Positions 1 through 12,668 of a stretch of 64,000 nucleotides of DNA are shown here, piece by piece (positions within the stretch are counted from its first letter, which is position 1; every line of letters starts with the position of its first letter). This DNA is from Parcubacteria group bacterium GW2011_GWF2_45_11. GTDB lineage: Bacteria > Patescibacteriota > Patescibacteriia > UBA1558 > UBA10009. The notes under the pieces were generated by a model that had not been told where the DNA came from, did not search any database, and saw only the letters and a list, made by a program, of their open reading frames with translations. The stretch covers positions 8,208 to 72,207 of the forward strand of contig LCKE01000001.1 in assembly GCA_001001205.1 (NCBI GenBank), in the 5' to 3' direction. The position numbers and the translations under genes are program-made.

Positions 1-115
1 TCACATTATTCCCCGGTTAGATAACGATAATCTGCATCCCTGGCCCGGTAAGCAATACGCCGAGGGCGAAAAAGAAAGCTACGCCCAGAGAATTCTTAAA
101 TCTTTAGAAAGTTAA
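1..115 (+). CDS. HIT family hydrolase, 3' end (partial)
   Basis: The frame from nt 2 reads HIIPRLDNDNLHPWPGKQY...SLES*. HIIPR is the end of the HIT signature. Confidence 0.75.
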   Translation, partial: HIIPRLDNDNLHPWPGKQYAEGEKESYAQRILKSLES

Positions 116-120
116 AACGC

Positions 121-2341
<2,221 letters not shown>

Positions 2342-2434
2342 AATTATCAAATCGTATGTAGTGCGTATCACGCACCAACCAATCTGAACTTGGCTGAGCT
2401 GTCTGGGGGGGTTAATAAAGTCTAACTTTTTCTT

Positions 2435-3390
2435 ATGTCTAAAATACTAGTTACTGGTGGTGCGGGGTTCATTGGGTCTAATTTTATCAGGTATATTTTA
2501 AAAAAGTACCCCGAAGACACCGTCATCAATCTGGATAAGCTGACTTACGCCGGCAATCTTAATAATCTTAAAGATATTGAAGGTAACGCCAATTATAAAT
2601 TCATTAAGGGCGACATTGCCGAAGAAAGAACCGTTAAAAAGGTTTTTCGCTTCAATCGGCCTGACGTTGTCGTCAATTACGCCGCCGAAACCCATGTGGA
2701 CCGCTCAATTATTGATCCGGCCGCTTTCGTTAAAACCGATATTATCGGGACATACAATTTATTAGAAGCGATCAAAGAATTTGGGACAGCCAAATACGTT
2801 CAGATATCCACCGATGAGGTTTACGGTAGCTTAAAATCGGGCAAATTCACCGAAGAATCTCCCTTTGAGCCTAACAGCCCTTACAGCGCTTCCAAAGCCG
2901 GCGGCGATCTTTTGTGCCGCTCTTACAGCAAAACTTATGGTTTACCGGTAATCATCACCCACGCCGTCAATTGCTACGGGCCTTACCAGTACCCGGAAAA
3001 ACTTATACCGTTATTTATCACCAACCTGTCGGAGTCAAAAAAAGTGCCGGTGTACGGCAACGGCGCCAATGTCAGGGAATGGCTTTATGTTTTGGATCAT
3101 TGTAGCGCCATTGATTTTTTACTGCATAAAGGCGAAAGCGGCCAGTCATATAACATCGGTAGCGGCGTGGAAAAACAAAATTCCATCACCATTGATCTTC
3201 AACCTAACCCCATGATTTGCGCTACGCTCTGGAGATGAGCAAAATCCAAAAAATCGGCTGGCAGCCCGAATATAAATTTGAGGAGGCAATCAGGGAAACA
3301 ATCAGATGGTACAGGAACAACGAGTGGTGGTGGAAGCCGCTTAAATCAGGCGAGTATCTGGCTTATTATAAAAAGCAATATAATCAGTAA
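2435..3390 (+). pseudogene. rfbB: dTDP-glucose 4,6-dehydratase, disrupted (internal deletion plus frameshift near 3181-3210)
   Basis: GGAGFIG, ISTDEVYG and YSASK lie in ORF 2435..3238. The true C-terminus HDLRYAL...WWWKPLKSGEY...* is in another frame at 3211..3390. Could be an assembly error. Confidence 0.8.
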
Positions 3391-3397
3391 TTAGACC

Positions 3398-4234
3398 ATG
3401 AAAATACTAATCACAGGCGCCGGCGGGATGCTCGGATACGATCTGGTCAACGCTTTTGTTAACGAAGATATTATAGTGGCCGATTTGCCGGAATGGGATA
3501 TTACCGAGAGTGATAGCTTAAACAACAAAATTCAAACCTGTCGGCCTGATCTGATTATCAATGCTGCCGCTTATACCGACGTTGAAGGCGCCGAGGCCAA
3601 CCGCGATCTCGCCTTTAAAGTCAATGCCGAGGGCGTGAAAAATCTGGCTGGTATCGCCAGTCAGCTTCAGGTGCCGTTAGTTCACATCAGCACGGAATAT
3701 GTTTTTGACGGGAAAAACGAGAAAGGCTACAATGAAGATGACTTAACCGGCGCCCAAAACGTTTACGGCCAAAGCAAGGAGCAAGGCGAAAAACATCTTT
3801 TAGCCCTCTGCCGTCAATATTATTTAGTTAGGACTTCCTGGCTTTTCGGGCGGGCGCCGCAAAAAGGCAAGCCCAGGGGGAAAAATTTTATCGATCAAAT
3901 TATAGAACTGGGGCTTAAGCAACAAGAGGTCAGGGTGGTCAACGATCAAATCGGCCGGCCGACTTATGCCAAAGATTTCGCCCTGGCGCTCAGGGATTTA
4001 GTCAAAGCCAAGCCGCCTTACGGCATTTATCACCTGGTCAACGAAGGTTCTGGCAGCTGGTATGATTTAGCCGCCGAGGCCTTTAAAGCCAGGGATCTGC
4101 CAACCCGGCTGATAGCAGTGCCGTCATCCCAATTCCCGAGCCGCGCTATCAGGCCGCAGTTTTCTCTTCTAAACAACAATAAGTTTAACAAACTCAGAGA
4201 CTGGCGCCAGGCGGTCAAGGAATACTTAACTTAA
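3398..4234 (+). CDS. rfbD: dTDP-4-dehydrorhamnose reductase
   Basis: Motifs GAGGMLG, AAAYTDV, HISTEYVFDG, YGQSK, DQIGRPT. Confidence 0.95.
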   Translation: MKILITGAGGMLGYDLVNAFVNEDIIVADLPEWDITESDSLNNKIQTCRPDLIINAAAYTDVEGAEANRDLAFKVNAEGVKNLAGIASQLQVPLVHISTEYVFDGKNEKGYNEDDLTGAQNVYGQSKEQGEKHLLALCRQYYLVRTSWLFGRAPQKGKPRGKNFIDQIIELGLKQQEVRVVNDQIGRPTYAKDFALALRDLVKAKPPYGIYHLVNEGSGSWYDLAAEAFKARDLPTRLIAVPSSQFPSRAIRPQFSLLNNNKFNKLRDWRQAVKEYLT

Positions 4235-4257
4235 AATGGCAAAATGAGGTAATTGAT

Positions 4258-4983
4258 ATGCGAGGTATAATTTTATCAGGCGGAGCCGGGACCAGGCTTA
4301 GGCCTTGTACCAAAATCACCAGCAAGCAGCTCCTGCCGGTTTACAACCGGCCCATGATTTATTATCCCTTAAACACCCTGATCAAGGCTGGCATCAAGGA
4401 AATTTTAATCATTGTCGCACCAGAAAGAGCTGGGGATTATCTTAATCTGCTGGGTTCAGGCAGGCAATTTGGGGTCAAGTTTACCTATGAAATTCAGGAC
4501 CAGCCCAAAGGCCTGCCGCAGGCTTTTACCATCGGCGAGAATTTTATTGATGATCAGCCGGTAGCCATGATCCTGGGCGATAACATTTTTGAGGACGATT
4601 TTACGGCGGAGATTAAAAAATTCACCGGCGGCGCCAAAATATTCGCCAAAAAGGTAACTGATCCGGAACGCTCCGGCGTCGTTAAGTTCAACAAACAGAT
4701 GCAGGTTGAAAAAATCGTGGAAAAGCCTAAAAAATGGATTTCGGATTACGCCATTACCGGTCTTTATCTCTACGACAGCCGGGTGGTTCAACTGGCCAGG
4801 AATTTAAAGCCCTCAGCCAGAGGCGAGCTGGAAATTGTGGATTTGCATAACTGGTATTTTAAGCGGCACGAGCTGGAAGTTGCCCTGGTTAAAGGCAGAT
4901 GGATTGACGCCGGGACTTTTGACAGCCTGCTGGAAGCGCAGCAATTCGCCAAAGATAAGCTGCAAAAAAAATTGGTCATTTAA
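4258..4983 (+). CDS. rfbA: Glucose-1-phosphate thymidylyltransferase (short form)
   Basis: Motifs GGAGTRL, SKQLLPVY, LGDNIF, EKP, SARGELEI. Confidence 0.92.
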   Translation: MRGIILSGGAGTRLRPCTKITSKQLLPVYNRPMIYYPLNTLIKAGIKEILIIVAPERAGDYLNLLGSGRQFGVKFTYEIQDQPKGLPQAFTIGENFIDDQPVAMILGDNIFEDDFTAEIKKFTGGAKIFAKKVTDPERSGVVKFNKQMQVEKIVEKPKKWISDYAITGLYLYDSRVVQLARNLKPSARGELEIVDLHNWYFKRHELEVALVKGRWIDAGTFDSLLEAQQFAKDKLQKKLVI

Positions 4984-4984
4984 T

Positions 4985-5013
4985 AAAAAAAGTCCCCAAG
5001 AGGGGGATTTTTT
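4985..5013. terminator. Bidirectional intrinsic terminator
   Basis: AAAAAAAGTCCCC-AAGA-GGGGGATTTTTT lies between convergent genes. Confidence 0.8.
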
Positions 5014-5035
5014 GTTTGTCCTTAAAAGTTTGCGA

Positions 5036-6391
5036 TTATTGGATTACGACCGTAAATAAACCGCTCTGGCTTTCAGCTTCCGTCAGCAGAAATAATTTAT
5101 CGCCCTTTTTGTTGACGAAAATGTTGTCTTGAGTTTGTGCCGTTAAATCCAGTAAGTCATGAACATTCCTGGTATCGCGGCTATCCAGTTCGTAAATTTT
5201 AAGCTTATTGTCTATCTGGCCGAAAATGTAAGTGAAAGCAGAATGCCAAAAGGCGTTTTGCACCGGGTTAGAAGCTCGTTCAATGAAAATTGCCTGATTG
5301 CTTTCCGGATAATCAACCCAGAGTTCAAAATCGTTCCAGTAGACAAACTGCTTATCGTACCAGCGCAGGGCGTAAATATTTTTTATGACTTTTTTGTAAG
5401 GCTGGTTGTTTTCCGGGTCAATGATATAAGCGAGATTTTCGTTGTGATCCAAAATGGCAATGTAATTTTGAGCGGAAGGCAAAAATTCGTAATGGGTGGA
5501 AGCGGGCATGACCAGCATGTCCTCTGATTTATTTAATTCCTTTAAAGTATATTTGCCATCAGCGTTTGCAATGTAGAGAATTTTAGTTTTCCAGGGCAGG
5601 TAGCTTAAAATTTTATCCTCAGTCAGAATTTTTATTTTTTTTTGGATGAGGTCAATCTCATACAGTTTACCTTGGCTAAGGGCGTAGAAAATGTTGTCAT
5701 TATAAAAATCACATTGTACCTCGCTGAAATAGTTATTGGTTAGGCTGTAGAGTGAGTCAGTTTTACCTGATTCAACGTTAACAATCAGGTAATCCTTACC
5801 GCTCGCCACGATTAGTTTATGACTGCCGTTGCACCAGGTATCCAGAGCTAACGGCGTTTTACTGGTGAACAGTTCTTTTTGGCTGTTGCCGATTAAATTA
5901 AAGTGAATAAGCTTAGCCTGCCCGGCGTCATTTTGTAGCAGGGCTAATTTGCTCTCATCAGGCGAAACTTTAAATTTTGAAAAATTACCCGCTAAAACTA
6001 AAGTTGGTTTTAAGTTATTTTTAAAAAGAGTAATATCTTCAACAAAAGTTGTAGACTGTGGGAAAATAGGCAAATTTTTCTGCCAGGTAAAATAACCATC
6101 TTTTTCCACTTTGACGCTATAATTATTGGCCAGCAAGCGGTTGATCTGGCTGGGCGTCTGCCGTTTTTGTAATTTGCCGTTTAAATAAATCCCCGCATTT
6201 TTCGGGTAAGACTTAATATAAAAGACGCCGGTTTTTTCAATCCGGCCCTTGTCAAAATTATAGCGCAGGCCCCAGGCATAAAACATCATCAAGGGCGCAA
6301 CTACCAAAAAGATGGCTATAAAAATTAGATAAAGAACGCGGCGGAAGCGTAAAGTCATAGACCTTGTTATTTTACTAAAAACGTTATACAA
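5036..6391 (-). CDS. Membrane-anchored PEGA-domain protein with a beta-rich C-terminus
   Basis: N-terminal TM helix, then a PEGA-like segment SYPKNAGIYLNG...YSVKVEKDGY. The start may be 6358. Confidence 0.75.
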   Translation of the reverse strand: MYNVFSKITRSMTLRFRRVLYLIFIAIFLVVAPLMMFYAWGLRYNFDKGRIEKTGVFYIKSYPKNAGIYLNGKLQKRQTPSQINRLLANNYSVKVEKDGYFTWQKNLPIFPQSTTFVEDITLFKNNLKPTLVLAGNFSKFKVSPDESKLALLQNDAGQAKLIHFNLIGNSQKELFTSKTPLALDTWCNGSHKLIVASGKDYLIVNVESGKTDSLYSLTNNYFSEVQCDFYNDNIFYALSQGKLYEIDLIQKKIKILTEDKILSYLPWKTKILYIANADGKYTLKELNKSEDMLVMPASTHYEFLPSAQNYIAILDHNENLAYIIDPENNQPYKKVIKNIYALRWYDKQFVYWNDFELWVDYPESNQAIFIERASNPVQNAFWHSAFTYIFGQIDNKLKIYELDSRDTRNVHDLLDLTAQTQDNIFVNKKGDKLFLLTEAESQSGLFTVVIQ

Positions 6392-6473
6392 TAATTACTG
6401 ATTCTTAACCTTGGAATTAGCCTAAAGATCAGCCGGTTCGGCTAAAAACTCGTCAGCGTATCTCCATACTACT

Positions 6474-7778
6474 ATGTCTCAATTTATTATTCAAGGCGGA
6501 CGCAAACTGAGCGGCGCTATTACCACTAATAGTTCCAAGAACGCCGCCGTGGCTTTGCTGACAGCCTCTATTTTAAATAAAGGGGTGAGCGAGCTTTTGA
6601 ATTTTCCACGCATTCAGGAAACCAACAGGATCATTGAGGTTCTAAGCAGTCTCGGCTTTAAATTCAGCTGGCCAAGTGCGCATCACCTTAAAATAATGCC
6701 GCCAGCCAGGATTCGCCTGGATAAAATTAACCGCCAGGCCGCCGCCAAAACCAGGATCATACTTTTATTTATCGGCGCCTTGATTCATGACTTTGCCAGG
6801 TTTAATCTACCCCAGGCGGGCGGTTGCACCTTAGGCAAAAGATCGGTCAACCCGCACTTTTTCGCGCTGGAAGAATTTGGCATCAAATCAAAAATCAATC
6901 GCTGTTCATATTCCATTTCACGCGGCCAGCTCAAAGCGGTAAAAAATCTGGTTCTTTACGAATCAGGGGATACGGTGACGGAGAACGCCCTATTGGTGGC
7001 CGCTAAAATACCCGCCGTCACCACGATTAAATTCGCCTCCGCCAATTATCAGGTTCAGGATCTTTGTTATTTCCTTAAGGGTCTGGGCGTTAAGATCAGC
7101 GGCATCGGTACAACTACCCTAACGGTCACGGGAAAAAAACTGATCAAAAAAAATCTAAAGTACTATCTGACCGAAGACCCAATAGAATCCATGTTTTTTA
7201 TCGCCATTGCCGCTACCACCAATTCTTCAATTGTCATTAAACGCTGTCCAATTGATTTTTTGGAACTGGAATTGTTAAAACTACAAAAAATGGGTTTTAA
7301 GTTCAACATTATCAGGCAATATAAGGCCAAAAACGGCCACAGCCGGCTGGTTGACTTGGAAACCTACCCCTCAACCTTGACCGCTCTGGAGGATAAAATT
7401 TACGGCCGTCCTTACCCGGGTTTGAATATTGATAATTTGCCGTTTTTTGTGCCCATCGCCACTCAGGCCAGAGGGCGGACGTTTATTCACGACTGGGCTT
7501 TTGAAAACCGGGCGATTTATTCCACCGAATTTAACAAACTCGGCGCGGCGGTTACCTTAAATGATCAGCATCGTTTTTACATTGACGGTCCGACGCCTTT
7601 AAAACCGGCCGACATTACTGCCCCACCGGCCTTGCGTCCTGGAGCTGTTTTAATCGTCGGCATGCTGGCGGCGCGCGGAACCTCGGTTTTACGGAATATC
7701 TATTCAATCGAAAGGGGTTACGAGGATTTAAGTAGCCGTCTAAAAAAAATTGGCGCCCACATAGAAAAATCGGAATAA
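6474..7778 (+). CDS. murA: UDP-N-acetylglucosamine 1-carboxyvinyltransferase
   Basis: Motifs SKNAA, GGCTLGKR (catalytic Cys loop), IERGYE. Confidence 0.93.
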   Translation: MSQFIIQGGRKLSGAITTNSSKNAAVALLTASILNKGVSELLNFPRIQETNRIIEVLSSLGFKFSWPSAHHLKIMPPARIRLDKINRQAAAKTRIILLFIGALIHDFARFNLPQAGGCTLGKRSVNPHFFALEEFGIKSKINRCSYSISRGQLKAVKNLVLYESGDTVTENALLVAAKIPAVTTIKFASANYQVQDLCYFLKGLGVKISGIGTTTLTVTGKKLIKKNLKYYLTEDPIESMFFIAIAATTNSSIVIKRCPIDFLELELLKLQKMGFKFNIIRQYKAKNGHSRLVDLETYPSTLTALEDKIYGRPYPGLNIDNLPFFVPIATQARGRTFIHDWAFENRAIYSTEFNKLGAAVTLNDQHRFYIDGPTPLKPADITAPPALRPGAVLIVGMLAARGTSVLRNIYSIERGYEDLSSRLKKIGAHIEKSE

Positions 7779-7780
7779 TT

Positions 7781-7809
7781 TTGACCTGCCCGCTGTTTTT
7801 TGCTAAAAT
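7781..7809 (+). promoter_or_regulatory. Sigma70-type promoter of the S41 protease-rplI-pyrG run
   Basis: TTGACC-N17-TAAAAT with a TG extension. Confidence 0.6.
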
Positions 7810-7880
7810 ATTATAGTGCACCACTTTCAAAAGATCAGTCGGGTGATAAAAAAGTGGTGCCTCATTATTTAATCTACCAT

Positions 7881-9167
7881 ATGAACGAGATTGATAATCT
7901 CAATCCAGTTCCAAAACATTTGCCTTTGAGCCACCATAAAATTGTTTTTATCTGCCTGGTGGCTATTTTACTAACCGTCAGTTTTTTTATCGGCTTGGTC
8001 ACCGGTTTGAACAAACAAATTGACCTGGCCGGCACGGTGCCGGACCTTGTCAGCGCCGGTCAGATTTTAAATACCGATATCATGCCGGAATATCTGGCCA
8101 AGGACATCAACTTCAAGCAATTTTGGAAAGTCTGGGATATTATTAAGGCTAAATACATTGATCGGGAATTGGTCACCGATGCCCAGCTATTTTACGGGGC
8201 CTTGCAGGGTCTGGTGGCTTCCTTGGATGATCCTTACTCCGTCTTTTTAAATCCTACGACCGCCGAAGACTTTGCCGAAGAGCTTTCAGGCAAGTTTGAG
8301 GGAATCGGCGCGGAAATTGGCATTAAAAATGATTACTTAACCATCATTGCGCCATTGCCTGAGTCGCCGGCGGAAAAAGCCGGTTTAAAGTCTCAGGATA
8401 GAATTCTGACAATTGATCAGCGCGATACTACAGCCATTTCCTTAGACGAGGCGGTGAGGCTGATTAAGGGTCCCAAAGGTTCAAGCGTGACTTTAACCGT
8501 GGCCAGGGGAGAAGATCCGGAAATTCTGGATATCGTCATTACCCGAGATACGATTGATATTAAGAGCGTCCGCTTGGAAATGAAGGAGGCCGACATCGCT
8601 TATATCAAATTAACGCATTTTAACGGTGACACCAGCGGTGAGTTTAAAGAGAAGGTTAACGAACTGCTGACCAAGTCTCCCCGCGGAGTCATCATAGACA
8701 TGAGAAATAACGCCGGCGGTTATCTGGAAGTGGCTATTGACATTGCTGGTTATTGGGTGAAAAACGGGGAAGTCGTGGTTAAGGAAAGCTACGGCAACGC
8801 CGAGAACGACAAGAATTACATTGCCCACGGCAACGAAGAACTGAAAAACCACCCGACCGTGGTTTTGATTAACGGCGGCTCGGCCTCCGCTTCCGAGATT
8901 GTGGCCGGCGCTTTGCAGGACCTTGGTTTGGCCCAAATCGTCGGCGAGGCCAGTTTTGGCAAAGGCTCAGTTCAGGAACTTGAGGAATTATCCGACGGTT
9001 CCAGCGTAAAAATTACCGTGGCCAGATGGCTGACGCCTTTCGGACGCTCAATCCAGGAAAAAGGCATTTTGCCCGACCTGGAAGTGGAATTGACCGAGGA
9101 TGATTATAATAACAGTCAGGATCCGCAACTGGATAAAGCCATTGAGATTTTAAAACTGGAACCATAA
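7881..9167 (+). CDS. Carboxy-terminal processing protease (S41, PDZ)
   Basis: Motifs [30 protein letters not shown]. Start moved to ATG 7881. Confidence 0.93.
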   Translation: MNEIDNLNPVPKHLPLSHHKIVFICLVAILLTVSFFIGLVTGLNKQIDLAGTVPDLVSAGQILNTDIMPEYLAKDINFKQFWKVWDIIKAKYIDRELVTDAQLFYGALQGLVASLDDPYSVFLNPTTAEDFAEELSGKFEGIGAEIGIKNDYLTIIAPLPESPAEKAGLKSQDRILTIDQRDTTAISLDEAVRLIKGPKGSSVTLTVARGEDPEILDIVITRDTIDIKSVRLEMKEADIAYIKLTHFNGDTSGEFKEKVNELLTKSPRGVIIDMRNNAGGYLEVAIDIAGYWVKNGEVVVKESYGNAENDKNYIAHGNEELKNHPTVVLINGGSASASEIVAGALQDLGLAQIVGEASFGKGSVQELEELSDGSSVKITVARWLTPFGRSIQEKGILPDLEVELTEDDYNNSQDPQLDKAIEILKLEP

Positions 9168-9622
9168 TGAATATACAAGTTATTTTACTTTCAGACGTCA
9201 AGGGTTTGGGTTATAAAGGTGAAGTTAAATCGGTCGCCAAGGGCTACGCCCATAATTTTTTGTTTGCACAAAAGTTAGCCGCCAGACTTAATTCCCCTCA
9301 AGCAGACGAACTAAAATCAAAGCTCATAAGCCAGTCCCAGAAACAACAAACAGCCAAAAAGCAGTCGCTTAAGGCCGCCGACCGCCTGGCTGGCCTCGCC
9401 TTGGAGTTTATTGTTAAAGCTTCAGCGGCCGGGACTTTATTTTCGGGCATCGGCAAAAAAGAAATCGTCAACCGGCTTAAGGGCAAAACCAAAGCGGCGA
9501 TTGCTGAAAAAAACATCCTGCTGGAAAATGACCTGAAAAAATTGGGCGAATACACGGCGCAACTTAAACTTGACCAGCAAGTGGTGGATATTAAAATAAT
9601 CATTAAACAAGATGGTCAATAA
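9167..9622 (+). CDS. rplI: 50S ribosomal protein L9
   Basis: N-terminus [28 protein letters not shown]. Confidence 0.93.
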   Translation: MNIQVILLSDVKGLGYKGEVKSVAKGYAHNFLFAQKLAARLNSPQADELKSKLISQSQKQQTAKKQSLKAADRLAGLALEFIVKASAAGTLFSGIGKKEIVNRLKGKTKAAIAEKNILLENDLKKLGEYTAQLKLDQQVVDIKIIIKQDGQ

Positions 9623-11303
9623 ATCAACAAAGTACATTTTTGTTTCCGGTGGCGTCTTATCCGGCCTGGGCAAAGGCGTGGTGGCATCTTCACTCGGGTT
9701 TTTGCTGCAAAACAGGGGTTATAACGTCGGTGCCATCAAATGCGAAAATTACATCAATATCGACTCGGGCACGATCAACCCCATTGAACACGGTGATCCT
9801 TTTTTATGCGAAGACGGACTGGAAGCGGACATGGATCTGGGCACTTACGAAAGATTTTTGAACCAGGAAATGGGTCATAAAAATTTTACGACTATGGGCC
9901 AAATTTATAAGACCGTTATAGATCGCGAACGGTCTTTTGGCTATAAGGGCGAAGATGTTGAGGCCATTCCGCACGTTTCCGATGAAATCATTTCCAGAAT
10001 CAAATCGGCCGGGGAAGGCCGGGATATCATTATTATTGAACTCGGGGGCACGGCCGGCGAATATCAAAACATGCTTTATTATGAGGCTTGCCGGATTATG
10101 AAAGCGAAAATGCCCGGCCAGGTTTTAAATATTCACGTCAGCTACGTGCCCTTGCCCAGACATATCGGCGAGCCGAAAACCATGCCTACCCAGCTTTCCA
10201 TCAAGACCGTTATGAGCATGGGCATTATGCCGGAATTTTTGGTTTTAAGGTCGGAAGCCGTTCTGGATAAGCGCCGTCGCTATTTATTGGGCTTAAAAAC
10301 CAGCGTTTCCGGCGATAACGTGATCATGGCGCCTGATTTGGATACCATTTATGAATTACCGCTCATTTTTGCCAAGCAAAACCTTGATCGCAATGTTTTA
10401 AAATATTTCGGCCTGAATTTACGCCAGCCTGCCTTGGGCGCGTGGAAAAAAATGATCCGCAATATCCAGTCAAAAAAGAAGAAGCAAATTCAGATTGTCA
10501 TCGCTGGCAAATACATCGCCACCGGCGATTATGAATTGTTGGATTCGTACGCTTCTTTAATTGAGGCAATTAAGCACGCCTGCTGGCACCTGAACATTGA
10601 GCTTAAGCTGAAGTTTGTCAATACCGAGGATCTGGAACAGCAGGGCGTAAAATTATTAGGCAAGCCCGACGGCCTGATCGTGCCAATCGGCTGGGGCAGC
10701 CGGGGAGCAGAAGGTAAAATCATAGCAATTAAGTTTGCCAGGGAAAAAAAGATACCGTATCTCGGACTGTGTTACGGTATGCAGTTGGCCTGCGTTGAAT
10801 TTGCTCGCAACGTCGTCGGCTTAACCGGGGCCAACAGCGTGGAAATCAATCCCGACACGCCTTATCCGATCATTCATGATATCCCGATGAACGAAAAATA
10901 TCAGCTAATTAAGGGCCAGGGCACCTCCATGAGGCTGGGGGCTTATGATTGCTATTTAAAAAATGATTCGTTGGCCGCTGCTATTTACAATAAACACCGG
11001 CAAGCGGAAATTTTAACACCCAGCCAGATAAAAAGCCAGAACGTCAAGGCTAAAGGCAATGTTAAAATCTCGGAGCGCCACCGCCATCGTTATGAATTCA
11101 ACAATGCTTTTAGGGAGCAACTGGAAAAGGCGGGACTGGTAATTTCCGGAACCTCCAAGGACGATTTTTTCGTGGAGATGGTTGAGTTGCCAAAATCCAT
11201 TCATCCATTCTTTTTGGCCACCCAGGGGCACCCTGAATACAAATCAAATCCGCTAAAGCCTCATCCGGTGTTTATTGAATTTATCAAGGCCGGTTTAAAA
11301 TAA
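9612..11303 (+). CDS. pyrG: CTP synthase
   Basis: Motifs [40 protein letters not shown]. Confidence 0.97.
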   Translation: MVNKSTKYIFVSGGVLSGLGKGVVASSLGFLLQNRGYNVGAIKCENYINIDSGTINPIEHGDPFLCEDGLEADMDLGTYERFLNQEMGHKNFTTMGQIYKTVIDRERSFGYKGEDVEAIPHVSDEIISRIKSAGEGRDIIIIELGGTAGEYQNMLYYEACRIMKAKMPGQVLNIHVSYVPLPRHIGEPKTMPTQLSIKTVMSMGIMPEFLVLRSEAVLDKRRRYLLGLKTSVSGDNVIMAPDLDTIYELPLIFAKQNLDRNVLKYFGLNLRQPALGAWKKMIRNIQSKKKKQIQIVIAGKYIATGDYELLDSYASLIEAIKHACWHLNIELKLKFVNTEDLEQQGVKLLGKPDGLIVPIGWGSRGAEGKIIAIKFAREKKIPYLGLCYGMQLACVEFARNVVGLTGANSVEINPDTPYPIIHDIPMNEKYQLIKGQGTSMRLGAYDCYLKNDSLAAAIYNKHRQAEILTPSQIKSQNVKAKGNVKISERHRHRYEFNNAFREQLEKAGLVISGTSKDDFFVEMVELPKSIHPFFLATQGHPEYKSNPLKPHPVFIEFIKAGLK

Positions 11304-11324
11304 ATTCAGCCCTGATAATTTTTG

Positions 11325-11353
11325 TTGACTTTTTTTGAATTCGGTTGTAGAAT
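11325..11353 (+). promoter_or_regulatory. Sigma70-type promoter upstream of the GIY-YIG/tRNA remnant
   Basis: TTGACT-N17-TAGAAT. Confidence 0.55.
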
Positions 11354-11380
11354 TTTTTTTATTCTGAAGATTTTGTCAGA

Positions 11381-11426
11381 CGGGAAGAAAAGAAAAGTAT
11401 TTTGGATAAATATCGTTCGGGGATCG
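11381..11426 (+). repeat. 46-bp direct repeat, copy 1
   Basis: CGGGAAGAAAAGAAAAGTATTTTGGATAAATATCGTTCGGGGATCG matches 11650-11695 at 45/46. Confidence 0.95.
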
Positions 11427-11455
11427 CCTCGTAATGATTAGAAAAAAAGCGATTT

Positions 11456-11695
11456 ATGCAGTATTATGTTTATATTCTTATAAGTCATGTTAAGCTCCGC
11501 TGGTCTTATGTCGGCAGTACTTCCACCACAAGTATGGTAAAGTGCAATCAACCAAAGCTTTTAGGCCTTTGGAGTTAGCTTATTTTGAAAAGTGCGATAG
11601 CAGGATTAAAGCATATGAAAGAGAGCTTTACCTAAAAACCGGCTTGGGCCGGGAAGAAAAGAAAAGTATTTTAGATAAATATCGTTCGGGGATCG
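11456..11695 (+). pseudogene. GIY-YIG nuclease pseudogene (frameshift with a short deletion near 11524)
   Basis: MQYYVYILIS...WSYVGSTS, then in another frame HHKYGKVQSTKAFRPLELAYFE...AYERELYLKTGLGRE. The helix carrying the conserved Arg is missing. Confidence 0.85.
11650..11695 (+). repeat. 46-bp direct repeat, copy 2
   Basis: Matches 11381-11426. Confidence 0.95.
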
Positions 11696-11721
11696 GGGTT
11701 CGAATCCCTGTCCCCGAGCCA
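11686..11721 (+). pseudogene. tRNA remnant (acceptor stem plus T arm only), tRNA-Gln-like
   Basis: TCGGGGA-T-CGGGG-TTCGAAT-CCCTG-TCCCCGA-G-CCA. U1-A72 and G73 fit tRNA-Gln. There is no D arm or anticodon arm. Confidence 0.8.
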
Positions 11722-11827
11722 AATTTTATGTTGCGGGTTTATTGCCTCGTCGTAGCCTCGAAAATATTTTGAACTATTTTTAAAAGCATTGAGTTAAAAT
11801 TTAATGTTTTTAAATTTTTGGAACAGT

Positions 11828-12124
11828 TTATTCCACAACTGTTTCCGTCTCTGCGGTGAATTGTCTGAAAGGATTGTTAATAATCGGAGCGTTAGCTGGC
11901 GCAGGCGGCTGGGCTTGCAGTAACTCCAATAATTGGTCGGCTTTTTCCGTTTCCACTTCATCCAGGGCAACTTGCTTTATGTAAAGACGGATTTTTTCAC
12001 CCACGCCCTTGGTTTTATTATAGTAATTGATTGAGTTAACGTAAAAATAAGCAATAACCAAGATCAGTAAGATTATAACCGTAGGGTAAAGCAGTTTTTG
12101 GGGATTTATTTTCATTTTTTTCAT
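11828..12124 (-). CDS. Small membrane-anchored protein, last gene of the pil cluster
   Basis: N-terminal TM helix and a C-terminal NPF motif. Sits in the PilP position after pilO. Confidence 0.65.
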   Translation of the reverse strand: MKKMKINPQKLLYPTVIILLILVIAYFYVNSINYYNKTKGVGEKIRLYIKQVALDEVETEKADQLLELLQAQPPAPANAPIINNPFRQFTAETETVVE

Positions 12125-12128
12125 AACT

Positions 12129-12668
12129 TTAATCGTTGGCCTTTAACCAATAAGTGTAACCGAGCAATTTAACCTCCAGCCGGGCATCGCCGCTTTGTTT
12201 TACGTCAATATTCTGAATGGTCAGATTATAGGGCATTTGGTGCAAGGCTTTTAAGTATTGCAAAAAATTATCAAAGGTGCCGCTAATGACAAAATTAAAA
12301 GGGACCTGAATAATGTGGCCGCTTAGGGCTGTATTATTGACGCCTAAATCCAATTTTTGGTTCAAAGAAAATTTATCGGCCAGCTCTTCCAGTTTGGTTA
12401 CGAGCGAAAGTTCATCCCCGGTTTCAATGAACAGCGATTCGTATTCGGGCAGCTTGTCGTAATAGCTTTGATAGGCCTGGGAAAATTTTTCCACGCCTGC
12501 CCCGGCGGTGTACTTAGATTCCAGCGCTTCCGCCTCCGCGGTCAGGGTCAGGTTAATATTTTTTAAACTATTATAATTGGGGCTGACTAAAAGTAACACC
12601 ACCAAAACTAAAATAATGAGCAAAACAGCGTATTTAATCAGGTTGACTATTGGTAATTTAAAAGTCAT
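12129..12668 (-). CDS. pilO: Type IV pilus assembly protein PilO-like
   Basis: TM helix, coiled coil, and GTFDNFLQYLKAL. Gene order is M-N-O. Confidence 0.75.
   Translation of the reverse strand: MTFKLPIVNLIKYAVLLIILVLVVLLLVSPNYNSLKNINLTLTAEAEALESKYTAGAGVEKFSQAYQSYYDKLPEYESLFIETGDELSLVTKLEELADKFSLNQKLDLGVNNTALSGHIIQVPFNFVISGTFDNFLQYLKALHQMPYNLTIQNIDVKQSGDARLEVKLLGYTYWLKAND

Noticed and set aside
2358-2375. GTAG-GTGCGT-ATC-ACGCAC-type hairpin resembling a GTAG-tagged REP
   Set aside because: Single short copy in the window and no RAYT transposase seen.
6424-6436. AAAGATCAGCCGG upstream of murA, 12/13 identical to 7830-7842
   Set aside because: Only two short copies in different structural contexts, so it may be chance.
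11417-11721. Intron-split tRNA with GIY-YIG as an intron ORF
   Set aside because: No D arm, anticodon arm or group I/II intron core can be recognised.
11542-11772. 76-aa ORF in the track
   Set aside because: It is the out-of-frame C-terminal half of the GIY-YIG pseudogene reading through the tRNA remnant.
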